A stretch of 64,000 nucleotides of DNA, taken from the IMG/VR virus record IMGVR_UViG_3300029604_000306. One strand, written 5' to 3'. The notes beneath the pieces were generated by a model, which was not told the DNA's origin, made no database searches, and was given only the letters and a program-made list of their open reading frames with translations. The translations under genes were made by a program, and so were the position numbers. This document shows, one piece after another, positions 38,127-47,843 of the stretch (the stretch's first letter is position 1; each line of letters starts with the position of its first letter). Origin of the DNA: a virus (lineage: Duplodnaviria; Heunggongvirae; Uroviricota; Caudoviricetes).

Positions 38127-41100
38127 ATGAAAAAACAATATTTTAACCCGCCAGACCGGAGAAAAAGAAAAAAAATAACAATAAAAACGGTGAAAGCAGG
38201 TATCATGTCAAGCGTGATGGCAGCAGTAACAGCTGCAACAACCGTGGCTGCGCCTATTTTAAGTTATGCTGCAGACCTGACAGAAACAGACTCTTCAGCA
38301 CAGACGCAGACTATTACGAATGATGACGGTACTCAGACCATCCTGAATACAAGCGAGGGGAACGAGACTGCTGATAGTACGGAAGTTTCAAGTGAAGATG
38401 AAGCAGAAGAGACAAAGTTTTTGTTTCTGAGGCTGAAAACCACTGGCGGAAAAATCGTCATAGACAAAGGCGAGGATGAAGAACATACGGTCAGACTCGT
38501 AAAACATAAATCCGAAGACGGAAAGACGGATGAAGAAAAGATTGATGTTTACGATAAGGATGACGTACTGGTCTCAAGTGAGGATGCCGCTAAAAATAAT
38601 TATACATATGCTTACGAAGTAAAATCTGACAGCGTGGCTAATGTGAAAGCAGAGGCTGATGAAGGGTATGTACTGAAAAAGTATGAGGTGAAGGCTGGAG
38701 ATGCAAATAAAAAGGCTGACCTTAACGCTGATGATGTTTCAGACAGTCATGAGCAGGCAATTTTTATGGATGAAAACAAAACTGTAGACGTGGAGTTGGA
38801 GAAGTCCAGCGAAGACGATGCTGGTGTTACTGATGAGACAACGCAAACAGCAGATGAAGATGTCAGCGATGATTGTGCTGATGATACGACTGCGGACAAT
38901 AATACAAATGAAGATGCGGATGTAAATGATGACAAAGAGAAAGACGAGGATATCAGCGTTGATGATTCGGTGCGCAAAGGAGCTGATGCAGAGACAGAAG
39001 ATGTTGAATCCAAAGCGGATGCTGCGAGTGTGGATGATGACTTATCAGTTGTAGACCCTGAAGAGGACAAGGTTGAAAGCGAGGCCGAAACAGCAGTAGA
39101 TGAAAATGACACTGATGACGTTACTGAGGCTGGCGATGAAGAGTTGACTATAGACGCGGAAGCTGCGGATGACAGCGAGACAACGGATACAGGAGAGAGT
39201 GCGGATGAAACAGTGGAAGAACATTTTTTGGAAAAAGCAGACGGCGTGGATGAACTGAACGCTGATGAATTTGCTTCTGCAAGACTGATTGTTATGACTG
39301 ATACTGAATCTGGAATCGTTGACAAAGAACATTTGATTGGCGCTTACGGTAATATTTATCTTCTGCAATACAAAGACGCAACACAGGCAATGAATGCTTA
39401 TATGTATTACAAAGAGAATGCAGAGGCAGTAGAACCGGATGCAATCGTTGAAGCTGCTACTGAAAATGCTTCAGAAAATGCATGCGACAGCATCCCGTCA
39501 GAAACAGAAAGTAACGCTATTGCAGCACTGAATACCGCCGAGGATTCTGTGGCAGCAAAGAGTGAAGATAATGTAATCGCACTGATTGACACAGGCGTGT
39601 CTGAGTCTGAAAATATCGTAGACAGAATTTCGCTGATTGATGATGACCTGACCGGTAAAAACAGCCATGGTGATACCATGGTAAAAAATATCGTAAATCA
39701 GAACAATGAAGCAAAAATCTTGTCTATCAGGGCGCTCGGAGACAACGGCCAGGGTAGCATTTCTGATGTTATTGCTGCAATGGAATATGCTATAAAGCAA
39801 AATGTAGGTATCATCAATCTTTCAATATCAACAAGAAAAGACTCCATAAACAAAATACTGGAAACAGAAATCGATAAAGCCGTAGGAGATGGAATCACCG
39901 TTGTTGGTGCTGCAGGAAATAATGGCGATGATGCTTCCGGATACATGCCTGCATCTGTTGATTCTGCGTACATTATTGGCGCATGCAATAAAGAAGGCGT
40001 GAGACTTACAACATCAAATTATGGAGATACTGTTGATTATAACGCGGTAGCCAATTCAACATCGGAGGCTGCGGCCATGTTCAGTGGTTATGCTTCTAAG
40101 TGTGGAATCAAAAATGTAAAAGCAGACAAAAAAGATTTTTTTGACGCATCTTACAGGAGTGATGAAGTATCGCAGGGTGACGGATTGAAAGTATATTACC
40201 TGTTTTACGATGCAAGTAAGCCAGATATTGATGAGCATACAAAAAATATTGTAACAAATATCATTTTGAAGTATCCATATGAAAAGATGTCAGATGGAAG
40301 CCTTCATTGTTTAATAAATCCAGATGCTTCAAAATACAACTATAATCTTAACGGTGCTGACGGAACATCACTGGCGGTTGATGTAGACCGTGGAGCACAT
40401 GGCGGACGGCAGCAGCCTATCACTGATGAATGCACATATGATGAGCAGACCGGCTATATCGACATCCCGGCAGAATATGCAGACAAAGATGTAACTGTCA
40501 CTGTATGGCAGGACACGGAGTCAGCATTCTATAAAAACCTTATGCCAGATGAGATAAAACCTGAAGAAGACCAGACTGGAAAAGTTTCAGTGGCAACTTT
40601 TTCAAGCTATTTTCCAAATGGAACATATCCCGCATACTTTATAGCAAAAGGATGTAATATGGTATATCTGAAAGGAGATATCAGTAAATACACCGTAGGA
40701 AAGAGCTGGCAGGCCAGCGCAACAACACATAATGTTGGAAATGGTGGTGTTTCGTTTAACTGGGTATCTGGAATGGACGTATACCATAATGGTTTCGGGG
40801 CCGGACAGATTTTTAATATTCACGGTTGCAGTGATAGTATCTTCAATAACATCGGCGGAAAGGGTGCTGATGGACTCAACTGGCTGTTTGGCGGATGTGT
40901 AAGTGATGTGAGCAATAACTTTGACGGAGACCCTGTTGTAACTGATTTTTACATTGAGTGTATCAAAAATGATTCTGCAACAGCAAGGACCTTTTTCTTC
41001 CGTGCAAAATGTTCGGGACCAAGCGGGCAGACCGCGCAGACAATGGTTGGCTTTTTCTGTGCATCTATTACGACTCCGCCCCCAACGACTTCAAAGTTTT

Positions 41101-44100
41101 CGGTTTATAAATGTATGAGCCTGTATGACCAGCTGGCAAAGAACACAAGCCGTGTAGGAGAGGTTGTTGATACAACGTTCACTATCTATACAAACAAGGA
41201 CTGCGCTGCTTCGCATATCGCTACGATGTCAAATGGCAAAAAGGCTGTCATTGGTAAGGGCGGAAACGTTCCACTGTCATACATGACAGATTCAAAGACC
41301 AAAAAAACCGTAAAATCAAAAGCGTACGCTACTGTTGTATTAAAACCAGGAACATATTACGTGAAGGAAACAGGCCGAATATCCGGTACGATTCAGAATA
41401 CAAATGTGTATGGTCCGTGTAAGATAGCAGCGGGAAAGAGCTATAAACTCAGAGATTTTGTCAAAACGGCAGACAGAAGCAAAAAGAGCATGACGTCGAC
41501 AGGATATGTTGTAAACTATCCGTTCAGGTTCAAAGGCACGATACTTACCAAAAAGGCCGGAGACACGAAAAAGCCACTGGCAGGAGCGATATACAAAGTA
41601 CAGTACAGTGAACAGGGTGGCACAGCTTTTAAAGCAAAGAGGACATGGTACTTGAAATCCGACAGCAATGGACAGGTTAAAGTAGATGGAAGCCATCTTG
41701 CTTCAGGGTATAAGAGCAGTGCGCTGTTCTATGTGACGAATGCAGACAATACAAAAACCTATTTCCTGCCTGTATGCTCATTAAAGATAACAGAGGTCAA
41801 GGCGCCGGAAGGATATCAGGTTGTGAAGACTACTAAGACAATTGGTATCGTAACAAAACCGAAAGACTCAAAATTGGACACATGGGTTGATTACAATGCG
41901 GTAACTTCTGAGAAGTATGAGCAGATAGACCCGCATATTGATGAAAGATGGAGACTTACGGTCTATGCTAAAAAAATCGACCAAAACGGAAATCCGCTGG
42001 CCGGGGCTATGTTTGGAATTTATAACACTAAGGAAAAAGCCGAAAAGGAAGACGATGCTTTAGCTCGTCTTACCACCGGCTCGGACGGGCTGACCCCGGA
42101 TTATACGTATCCTGATTTAGACCAGTCTACAGAAAAAACATGTACACTATACTGTAAAGAACTAAAGGCTCCTGATGGATTTGCCCTTCCCGCAAACAAC
42201 GAACCGTTGTCACTTACTTTCAGTCTTAGTGATTATAAAAAACTCACAAAGAAAGAGCAGGATTCCACCGGCGAGCGGAAACCGTTTGGTGGTAAAGGAG
42301 TGATAAATACCCCTGAAGGCTGGGCTTATTCGTTCAGGATAAAAAAAATAGATGAAAAAAATAAACCTTTAAAAGGGGCTGAATTTAGTATCTATAAGAG
42401 CCAGGATGATGCAGAAGCTGGCGAAAATGAGCTGGATTCATACGTAACTGACGAAGACGGTCTGACGCCTTTGGAAACAATGAGGCTCACGAACGATGTA
42501 TCAGAGATAACGCTGTATTGTCGTGAGACAGCCGCTCCTGATGGATATATACTTAATGACGAAGTGTTTACCCTGACATGGAAAAAGGCGGATTACGATA
42601 AACTGTCTGATACGGATAAGAAGAATGGAAAACTTCAGTGGTTTGGCTCAGAAAATGGAATTGTAAATGAACACGAATCCAATCCTTCGGGATGGAACCT
42701 GAGGGCACAAATTAAGAAAGTTGACGACGACAATAAACCTCTTGCTGATGCTGTGTTTGGAATATATACAAACGAGACATGCGACGAAGATTCACAGGTA
42801 GCAGAGCTCACGTCAGGTGAAGACGGCCTTACGGATGAATTTACATATGAAGCTGACGCAGCGAATGACTCAATCACGTTATACTGTAAAGAAACGGATG
42901 CTCCAGATGGATATGATATTGATGACAAAGTCTATAGTCAGACATGGACTCATGATGAATATAAAGCATTAAGTGCAGAGGAACAGGAAAATGGAAAACT
43001 TAAAATGTTTGGCCCGGTTGATGGTATCGTGAACCATCTGTCATGGCGTGTAAGGATGAACGTTAAAAAGATAAATAAGAAAAAAGAACCTTTGGCTGGA
43101 GCACAGTTTGAGGTTTATGGTGATAAAAATTGTAGTTCTTCAGAGTTCATTGGCACATTGACAACGGGCCAGGATGGTATGAGTAATACTATCTCATTCG
43201 CTGTTGATTCAGCAACAACGTCTATCACATTATGGTGCAAGGAGACAAAAGCCCCTAAGGGATATCTGATATCAAAAGAAATCGCATCGCTTACATTTGA
43301 TAAATCAGAGTACAAAACACTTCTAGCACAGGGTAGTACAGAAGGACCATTGAAGACATTTGCGGGCGAAGGATTCATAGATGATGAGATAACTCCACCA
43401 ACTGTAAAGATACAGAAAAAGTCTACTGTATCAAATGAAATATTGGAATTAAGCGGATATTCACTGAAAGGTGCTGAGTTTGAGATAACAGGAAATGGAT
43501 TCACTGGCAGGCTGATAACAGCGGAGGATGGAACAACAGAAGAGCTGTCGCTTCCAACCACATCCGGGGAGTACCAGGTCACAGAGGTCAAGGCGCCGCT
43601 TGGTCATACATTAGACAGCAGAACGCAGACGATAAAAATCAATATGCCCCAAGACAACGGTAAGAAGGTTGCACTTGAGTTCACTGATGAGCCGATATTT
43701 GTTTCAGACGGATTCCAGATTACAAAAACCGATGAAAATAAGAATCCAATCAAGGGTGTAGTCTTCAAAGTTGAGTTCATGGACAATGACATAACAAAGA
43801 AAACATGGTATCTTGTTTCCGATGAAAAAGGACTCGTAAAAATGGATACGGCATACACCTCAAAAGAGGCTGGTTATAAGAGTGATGGTTTTTATAAACA
43901 TAATAATAAAGTAGTTATTCCTATTGGGGGAACGCTAAAAATTACGGAAGTAAAAGCACCTGCTGAATATACAATTGACAGTACACCTAAATATCTGACG
44001 ACAGGTAAAAATGAAAAAATGAAACTGGATGTTATCAATACTTCAAAGCCATGCAAAATAAGTATCAGGAAATTTGATACAGATGGAAAAACACCTTTAA

Positions 44101-44570
44101 AAGGAGTTCAGTTTGAACTGAAGTTCCTCAAGTCTGTTTCAGTACAGTCTGCTCCAAATAGACTTTTGAAAGTTGGTGAGAGCACAAAAGGAGAGACTGA
44201 TGCAAATGGAAATCTTGTATTTGATAACCTTGACAGGGGACAATACCAGATAACAGAAACAAAAACGACTGAAGGACATACGCTTTTAAAAGACCCGATT
44301 ACTGTTACCCTTCCAATCACAATGACGAAAGAGGAGGCTATCAAGAATAAGGCTGATACATCAAAGGCGACGTGGGATGCCTATACGAACAAGTGGCAGT
44401 TCTACGACTGTACTTTTGAAGTAACCAACTCAGCAACATTTAAGATGCCGATGACTGGAGGAACAGGATATTGGAAATACGGTACTATCGGCTTTGGTAC
44501 ACTTGCGATTCTTGGAACTGGATTAATCCTGATGATGAATCCTCGGAAACAGAAGAAACGCAGGAAGTAA
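38127..44570 (+). CDS. giant cell-wall-anchored protein: acidic linker, S8 subtilase-like domain, SpaA/Cna-B repeats
   Basis: IALIDTG, HGD, VGAAGN, TSEAA; repeated KxDxxxKPLxGAxF..ExxAPxGY; MPMTG + TM + basic tail. Confidence 0.85.
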   Translation: MKKQYFNPPDRRKRKKITIKTVKAGIMSSVMAAVTAATTVAAPILSYAADLTETDSSAQTQTITNDDGTQTILNTSEGNETADSTEVSSEDEAEETKFLFLRLKTTGGKIVIDKGEDEEHTVRLVKHKSEDGKTDEEKIDVYDKDDVLVSSEDAAKNNYTYAYEVKSDSVANVKAEADEGYVLKKYEVKAGDANKKADLNADDVSDSHEQAIFMDENKTVDVELEKSSEDDAGVTDETTQTADEDVSDDCADDTTADNNTNEDADVNDDKEKDEDISVDDSVRKGADAETEDVESKADAASVDDDLSVVDPEEDKVESEAETAVDENDTDDVTEAGDEELTIDAEAADDSETTDTGESADETVEEHFLEKADGVDELNADEFASARLIVMTDTESGIVDKEHLIGAYGNIYLLQYKDATQAMNAYMYYKENAEAVEPDAIVEAATENASENACDSIPSETESNAIAALNTAEDSVAAKSEDNVIALIDTGVSESENIVDRISLIDDDLTGKNSHGDTMVKNIVNQNNEAKILSIRALGDNGQGSISDVIAAMEYAIKQNVGIINLSISTRKDSINKILETEIDKAVGDGITVVGAAGNNGDDASGYMPASVDSAYIIGACNKEGVRLTTSNYGDTVDYNAVANSTSEAAAMFSGYASKCGIKNVKADKKDFFDASYRSDEVSQGDGLKVYYLFYDASKPDIDEHTKNIVTNIILKYPYEKMSDGSLHCLINPDASKYNYNLNGADGTSLAVDVDRGAHGGRQQPITDECTYDEQTGYIDIPAEYADKDVTVTVWQDTESAFYKNLMPDEIKPEEDQTGKVSVATFSSYFPNGTYPAYFIAKGCNMVYLKGDISKYTVGKSWQASATTHNVGNGGVSFNWVSGMDVYHNGFGAGQIFNIHGCSDSIFNNIGGKGADGLNWLFGGCVSDVSNNFDGDPVVTDFYIECIKNDSATARTFFFRAKCSGPSGQTAQTMVGFFCASITTPPPTTSKFSVYKCMSLYDQLAKNTSRVGEVVDTTFTIYTNKDCAASHIATMSNGKKAVIGKGGNVPLSYMTDSKTKKTVKSKAYATVVLKPGTYYVKETGRISGTIQNTNVYGPCKIAAGKSYKLRDFVKTADRSKKSMTSTGYVVNYPFRFKGTILTKKAGDTKKPLAGAIYKVQYSEQGGTAFKAKRTWYLKSDSNGQVKVDGSHLASGYKSSALFYVTNADNTKTYFLPVCSLKITEVKAPEGYQVVKTTKTIGIVTKPKDSKLDTWVDYNAVTSEKYEQIDPHIDERWRLTVYAKKIDQNGNPLAGAMFGIYNTKEKAEKEDDALARLTTGSDGLTPDYTYPDLDQSTEKTCTLYCKELKAPDGFALPANNEPLSLTFSLSDYKKLTKKEQDSTGERKPFGGKGVINTPEGWAYSFRIKKIDEKNKPLKGAEFSIYKSQDDAEAGENELDSYVTDEDGLTPLETMRLTNDVSEITLYCRETAAPDGYILNDEVFTLTWKKADYDKLSDTDKKNGKLQWFGSENGIVNEHESNPSGWNLRAQIKKVDDDNKPLADAVFGIYTNETCDEDSQVAELTSGEDGLTDEFTYEADAANDSITLYCKETDAPDGYDIDDKVYSQTWTHDEYKALSAEEQENGKLKMFGPVDGIVNHLSWRVRMNVKKINKKKEPLAGAQFEVYGDKNCSSSEFIGTLTTGQDGMSNTISFAVDSATTSITLWCKETKAPKGYLISKEIASLTFDKSEYKTLLAQGSTEGPLKTFAGEGFIDDEITPPTVKIQKKSTVSNEILELSGYSLKGAEFEITGNGFTGRLITAEDGTTEELSLPTTSGEYQVTEVKAPLGHTLDSRTQTIKINMPQDNGKKVALEFTDEPIFVSDGFQITKTDENKNPIKGVVFKVEFMDNDITKKTWYLVSDEKGLVKMDTAYTSKEAGYKSDGFYKHNNKVVIPIGGTLKITEVKAPAEYTIDSTPKYLTTGKNEKMKLDVINTSKPCKISIRKFDTDGKTPLKGVQFELKFLKSVSVQSAPNRLLKVGESTKGETDANGNLVFDNLDRGQYQITETKTTEGHTLLKDPITVTLPITMTKEEAIKNKADTSKATWDAYTNKWQFYDCTFEVTNSATFKMPMTGGTGYWKYGTIGFGTLAILGTGLILMMNPRKQKKRRK

Positions 44571-44985
44571 CTGAAAATGGATAACCACGAAAAATATGAA
44601 GTGGTGAGAGAAAAAAAAGAAATAAAAGATAAGAAGAGAAGCGCACGGAAACGTGCGCTTCTTGTGTAAATGTGAGGAGGAGATATGATATGAAATTAAA
44701 AGTATATGTGACAAAGGTTCATTCGGTAGAAAGATTACTTTCGCTAGAATTTCCGAGTCTTTAATGCTTCCAAGTTCGCAATAATAAGAACTGATGGTTT
44801 TATCGATTCGTAAGCCTCTCGACAGTTCATCGGAGCCAGATAGAAGCTCCGAAGTGGACTTTATCGGATGCTGAGAAGCTCACCTTTGTTTTTTTTCTTC
44901 CACTGAAAAACAAGTAGTTCACCACGCATCCAAGGATAAAAATGGAAAATACCTATCAACAAAACCATCAATTGATATATTTCGA

Positions 44986-45014
44986 TTGACAATCAATCAA
45001 TTTATGTATATAAT
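44986..45014 (+). promoter_or_regulatory. sigmaA promoter of the type II TA operon
   Basis: TTGACA-17-TATAAT, perfect consensus. Confidence 0.85.
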
Positions 45015-45044
45015 ATATGTAAAGATAAAAAGAAATGAGGCGAA

Positions 45045-45476
45045 ATAGCCATAGATTTAACACTAATCTCAAAAGAAAAAGAAGTGCAGATATTTTTGGA
45101 TAAATTAAAATCATTCATAACAAGAAAGGATTTCAATATTGATAAAGACTTTTTTCTTAATCTCAATGGAGATATAAAAAGAGAACGTAAGTATTCTACG
45201 AGATATGCGATGGACGTACTCGAATATGATAAACATGATATTGTAGAAATATTAAGCATACTGTCCGCAGAGAACTATTCAGAAACAAAAATAGATACTG
45301 ACGATACAAATCCGCCATTGCTTTTTGTATTTGGAAAAATAATAGACAACAAAGAAACATATATTAAAATTAAGTTAAAAGAGACAAATCGGTCATATAT
45401 AGCATGTATTTCGTTTCATTTTTCAAAATACAAGATGGAATATCCATATCGCAAAAATAGGAGGGAGAAAAAATGA
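45045..45476 (+). CDS. MqsR-like type II toxin
   Basis: LSAENYSE..FVFGK..YIKIKL..CISFH; start either ATA 45045 or GTG 45084. Confidence 0.75.
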   Translation: MAIDLTLISKEKEVQIFLDKLKSFITRKDFNIDKDFFLNLNGDIKRERKYSTRYAMDVLEYDKHDIVEILSILSAENYSETKIDTDDTNPPLLFVFGKIIDNKETYIKIKLKETNRSYIACISFHFSKYKMEYPYRKNRREKK

Positions 45477-46510
45477 AAAATTTAATCAGAGAATTTGAGA
45501 TGGACTGCCCTATTTGCGATAAAGTCCATTTAATAAAAGAATATGAAGCAACATCAACAGCCATCGTAAAAGGTGAAGATGTTGAATATATAGAAAAATA
45601 CTTCTACTGCGAAAATGCGAAAGAAGACGAAAGAATTTTCGTTAACGGAAAATTGCTGGGAGAGAATTTATTAAATGGAAGGAATGCATATCGCAAAAAA
45701 CATGGACTTTTGACTTCATATGAAATTGCAGACATCCGAAAAAAATATGACCTGACACAGGTTGAATTTGCAAGGCTTCTTGGCTGGGGCGATGTAACTA
45801 TACAAAGATATGAAACAAAGGCAATCCAGGACGAAACATATGATTCTATATTAAAAAGATTTCGTGATGACATCTCTTTTGTATCTGAGTTACTGCAGAA
45901 AAATAGAAATACATTATCTTCTGAAAAAGTCAAAAAAATAAGTGAAAAAATAAAGTCAAAGGAAGTAGAGGCAGAGGAGTTTGACCGAAGAACCGTATTA
46001 AAAAAGGATTACGTCAATTTCATAACCGCATCAGCTATGAACGGATTCAAAAATACGTTGGATTTTGATAAGATTGAGGCGGTAGTATCATATATTGCAA
46101 AAAAGATTCCAAGTCTGTTTAAAGTCAAATTAATGAAAATGCTTTGGTATACGGATATGCTAGAATATCGTAAGAACCATATATCCATGACAGGAATCGT
46201 ATATACGCACGAAGCTATGGGTGCGCTTCCAATTGGCCACCGTGATTTGATGATGTTGCCAGGAATCAATGTAGTAGAAGAAATGAGCCCAGATTTCAAT
46301 TCCATGTTTCACATCTTTCCAAATCCAGATGTGGATATGTCTATTCTAACAGAAGACAATAAAGAAATACTGAACATGGTGGTTAAAAAATTCAAGGATT
46401 TTTCAACAAAAGAAATCGTGGAATATATGCACAAAGAAAAAGCATATATGGAAACTGCACTTGGCGATGTAATATCGTATGAATACGCAAGGGAATTAAA
46501 TGAATTTTAA
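45473..46510 (+). CDS. MqsA-like antitoxin (Zn finger + HTH) fused to a DUF4065/Panacea domain
   Basis: CPIC..C; LTQVEFARLLGWGDVTIQRYE; KLMKMLWYTD..GALP. Confidence 0.8.
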   Translation: MKNLIREFEMDCPICDKVHLIKEYEATSTAIVKGEDVEYIEKYFYCENAKEDERIFVNGKLLGENLLNGRNAYRKKHGLLTSYEIADIRKKYDLTQVEFARLLGWGDVTIQRYETKAIQDETYDSILKRFRDDISFVSELLQKNRNTLSSEKVKKISEKIKSKEVEAEEFDRRTVLKKDYVNFITASAMNGFKNTLDFDKIEAVVSYIAKKIPSLFKVKLMKMLWYTDMLEYRKNHISMTGIVYTHEAMGALPIGHRDLMMLPGINVVEEMSPDFNSMFHIFPNPDVDMSILTEDNKEILNMVVKKFKDFSTKEIVEYMHKEKAYMETALGDVISYEYARELNEF

Positions 46511-46613
46511 ATTTTTTCAAGAAGGCCTTAAGGCCAATGTCATTAAGATAAGTATTAAAATATTTCTCAAAATATTAGTTGACAAAATAGAGTTTTTGAT
46601 ATATTATATATTA

Positions 46614-46742
46614 AAGATGTGGGTTCTGAGGGCACAAGATATTCACGGGATGTGGTATCGTTGGCATTTGCCAAAAGTGATTCTATCGAGCCTGCATTTT
46701 AGCTAAAACATTAAAGGCATTTGCTTAGGCAAATGTCTTTTT
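46614..46742 (+). ncRNA. putative small structured RNA
   Basis: TTGACA-17-TATTAT at 46579; 13-bp closing stem 46614-46626/46688-46700; terminator 46713-46742; no ORF. Confidence 0.6.
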
Positions 46743-47080
46743 ACTCTATTAACACATAGGATTATAAATAAATAGAAGTATTATTTATTCATTTGCCCAG
46801 GATAGAAGATATCCTGATATGCGGATAAGGAGCGTTCGCCTTCGGAGAATGTCATGACTGATGTAGTGGATGCATTCGTGTGTAGCCGAAGTAAAATAAT
46901 CCGTGGAACATCATACAGACGTAGGGGCTGGAACGACCTGACAGGACAGGTGCTAAATCATCCTTCTTGATTTAGTCAAGATAACTGGCGGACAGTGAAA
47001 TAACTACACTATTTTATTAAATTATTGACTTCTTTTACGAATTTGTATCTACTATATATAGAGAGGACGAATTCTCTTAT

Positions 47081-47197
47081 GTATGTATAATCTCTGGGAG
47101 TAACGGGACTTAAACGTAGAATATTACTCAGTAGTATGTGTAATCTCCAAGAATGACGGGATTTAAATGTAGAATATCCTTCAAAAGTATGTGTAAT
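47081..47197 (+). repeat. 2.2 x 53-nt tandem repeat with pseudoknot potential
   Basis: Units start at 47081, 47134 and 47187. Confidence 0.8.
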
Positions 47198-47269
47198 AAT
47201 CGTTGGAGCAGCTGTTACTCTGACAAATGAATGCTTGCTTTGTTGGAACAAGAATGTTATAATATAAGA

Positions 47270-47370
47270 AACACAGGGAGCCGTTGCAAACGGTTTATCT
47301 CCAGAAATTAATTTTCAAGTTTAACTTAAGCCGTCGTCTAGTTCCAGTAGTCGGCGGCTTCTTGCTTTTG
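47270..47370 (+). ncRNA. putative type I antitoxin RNA
   Basis: TTGCTT-17-TATAAT (47235-47263); terminator hairpin 47328-47360; antisense to the 3' half of the peptide gene. Confidence 0.65.
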
Positions 47371-47459
47371 TTCCGTTTGTCGAGTTCTACTTGCCAGATA
47401 AATTTCCAGCATTCTAGCACGAAAGTGAGACCACTTATCGCGACTACAAACTTATACAT
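47295..47459 (-). CDS. putative type I toxin peptide (54 aa)
   Basis: Hydrophobic N-terminus + basic tail; GGAGGGG RBS; minus-strand TTGATT-17-TATACT; mRNA 5' and 3' ends complementary. Confidence 0.65.
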   Translation of the reverse strand: MYKFVVAISGLTFVLECWKFIWQVELDKRNKSKKPPTTGTRRRLKLNLKINFWR

Positions 47460-47670
47460 GTCGCATCCCCTCCTTGTAAAAACTAGAGAAGGGGCATTTA
47501 TCTGCACCTCCCCAGTAAACTATATTAACAGTTACGAGGAGATAAACCGCCTGCCGTTATTCTCGGCTCCCTATGCAACATAGTATATCAGGATAGAAAT
47601 AAAAAATCAAGAAAACGCAAAGAAATGGTCAATTTTGAAGAGTTTTTAATATAAATTTACTTTTTTTATC

Positions 47671-47730
47671 ACCGATGGGTAGAGAAATTTCCATCCGTGT
47701 CTGCTACACGCGAGCGTAGTTCGCGATGTC
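47671..47730 (+). mobile_element. short degenerate mini-element family II
   Basis: ACCGATGGG...ACACGCGAGCGTAGTTCGCGATGTC; flanks TC|A. Confidence 0.55.
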
Positions 47731-47843
47731 ACAAATAATTCTCCCTACTTGTTTTTTTATATATATTTTACAACAAATATATATGGTTTGCAAAAAAAAT
47801 AACGCACCACCTCGCGGTGGTGCGTTTGTGCGATATAAACTAG

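Noticed and set aside
46920..46985. SAM-I riboswitch
   Set aside because: Only GGTGCTAAATC matches; the other conserved elements and a downstream gene are missing.
47081..47197. CRISPR array
   Set aside because: Contiguous tandem units with no unique spacers, and no cas genes nearby.
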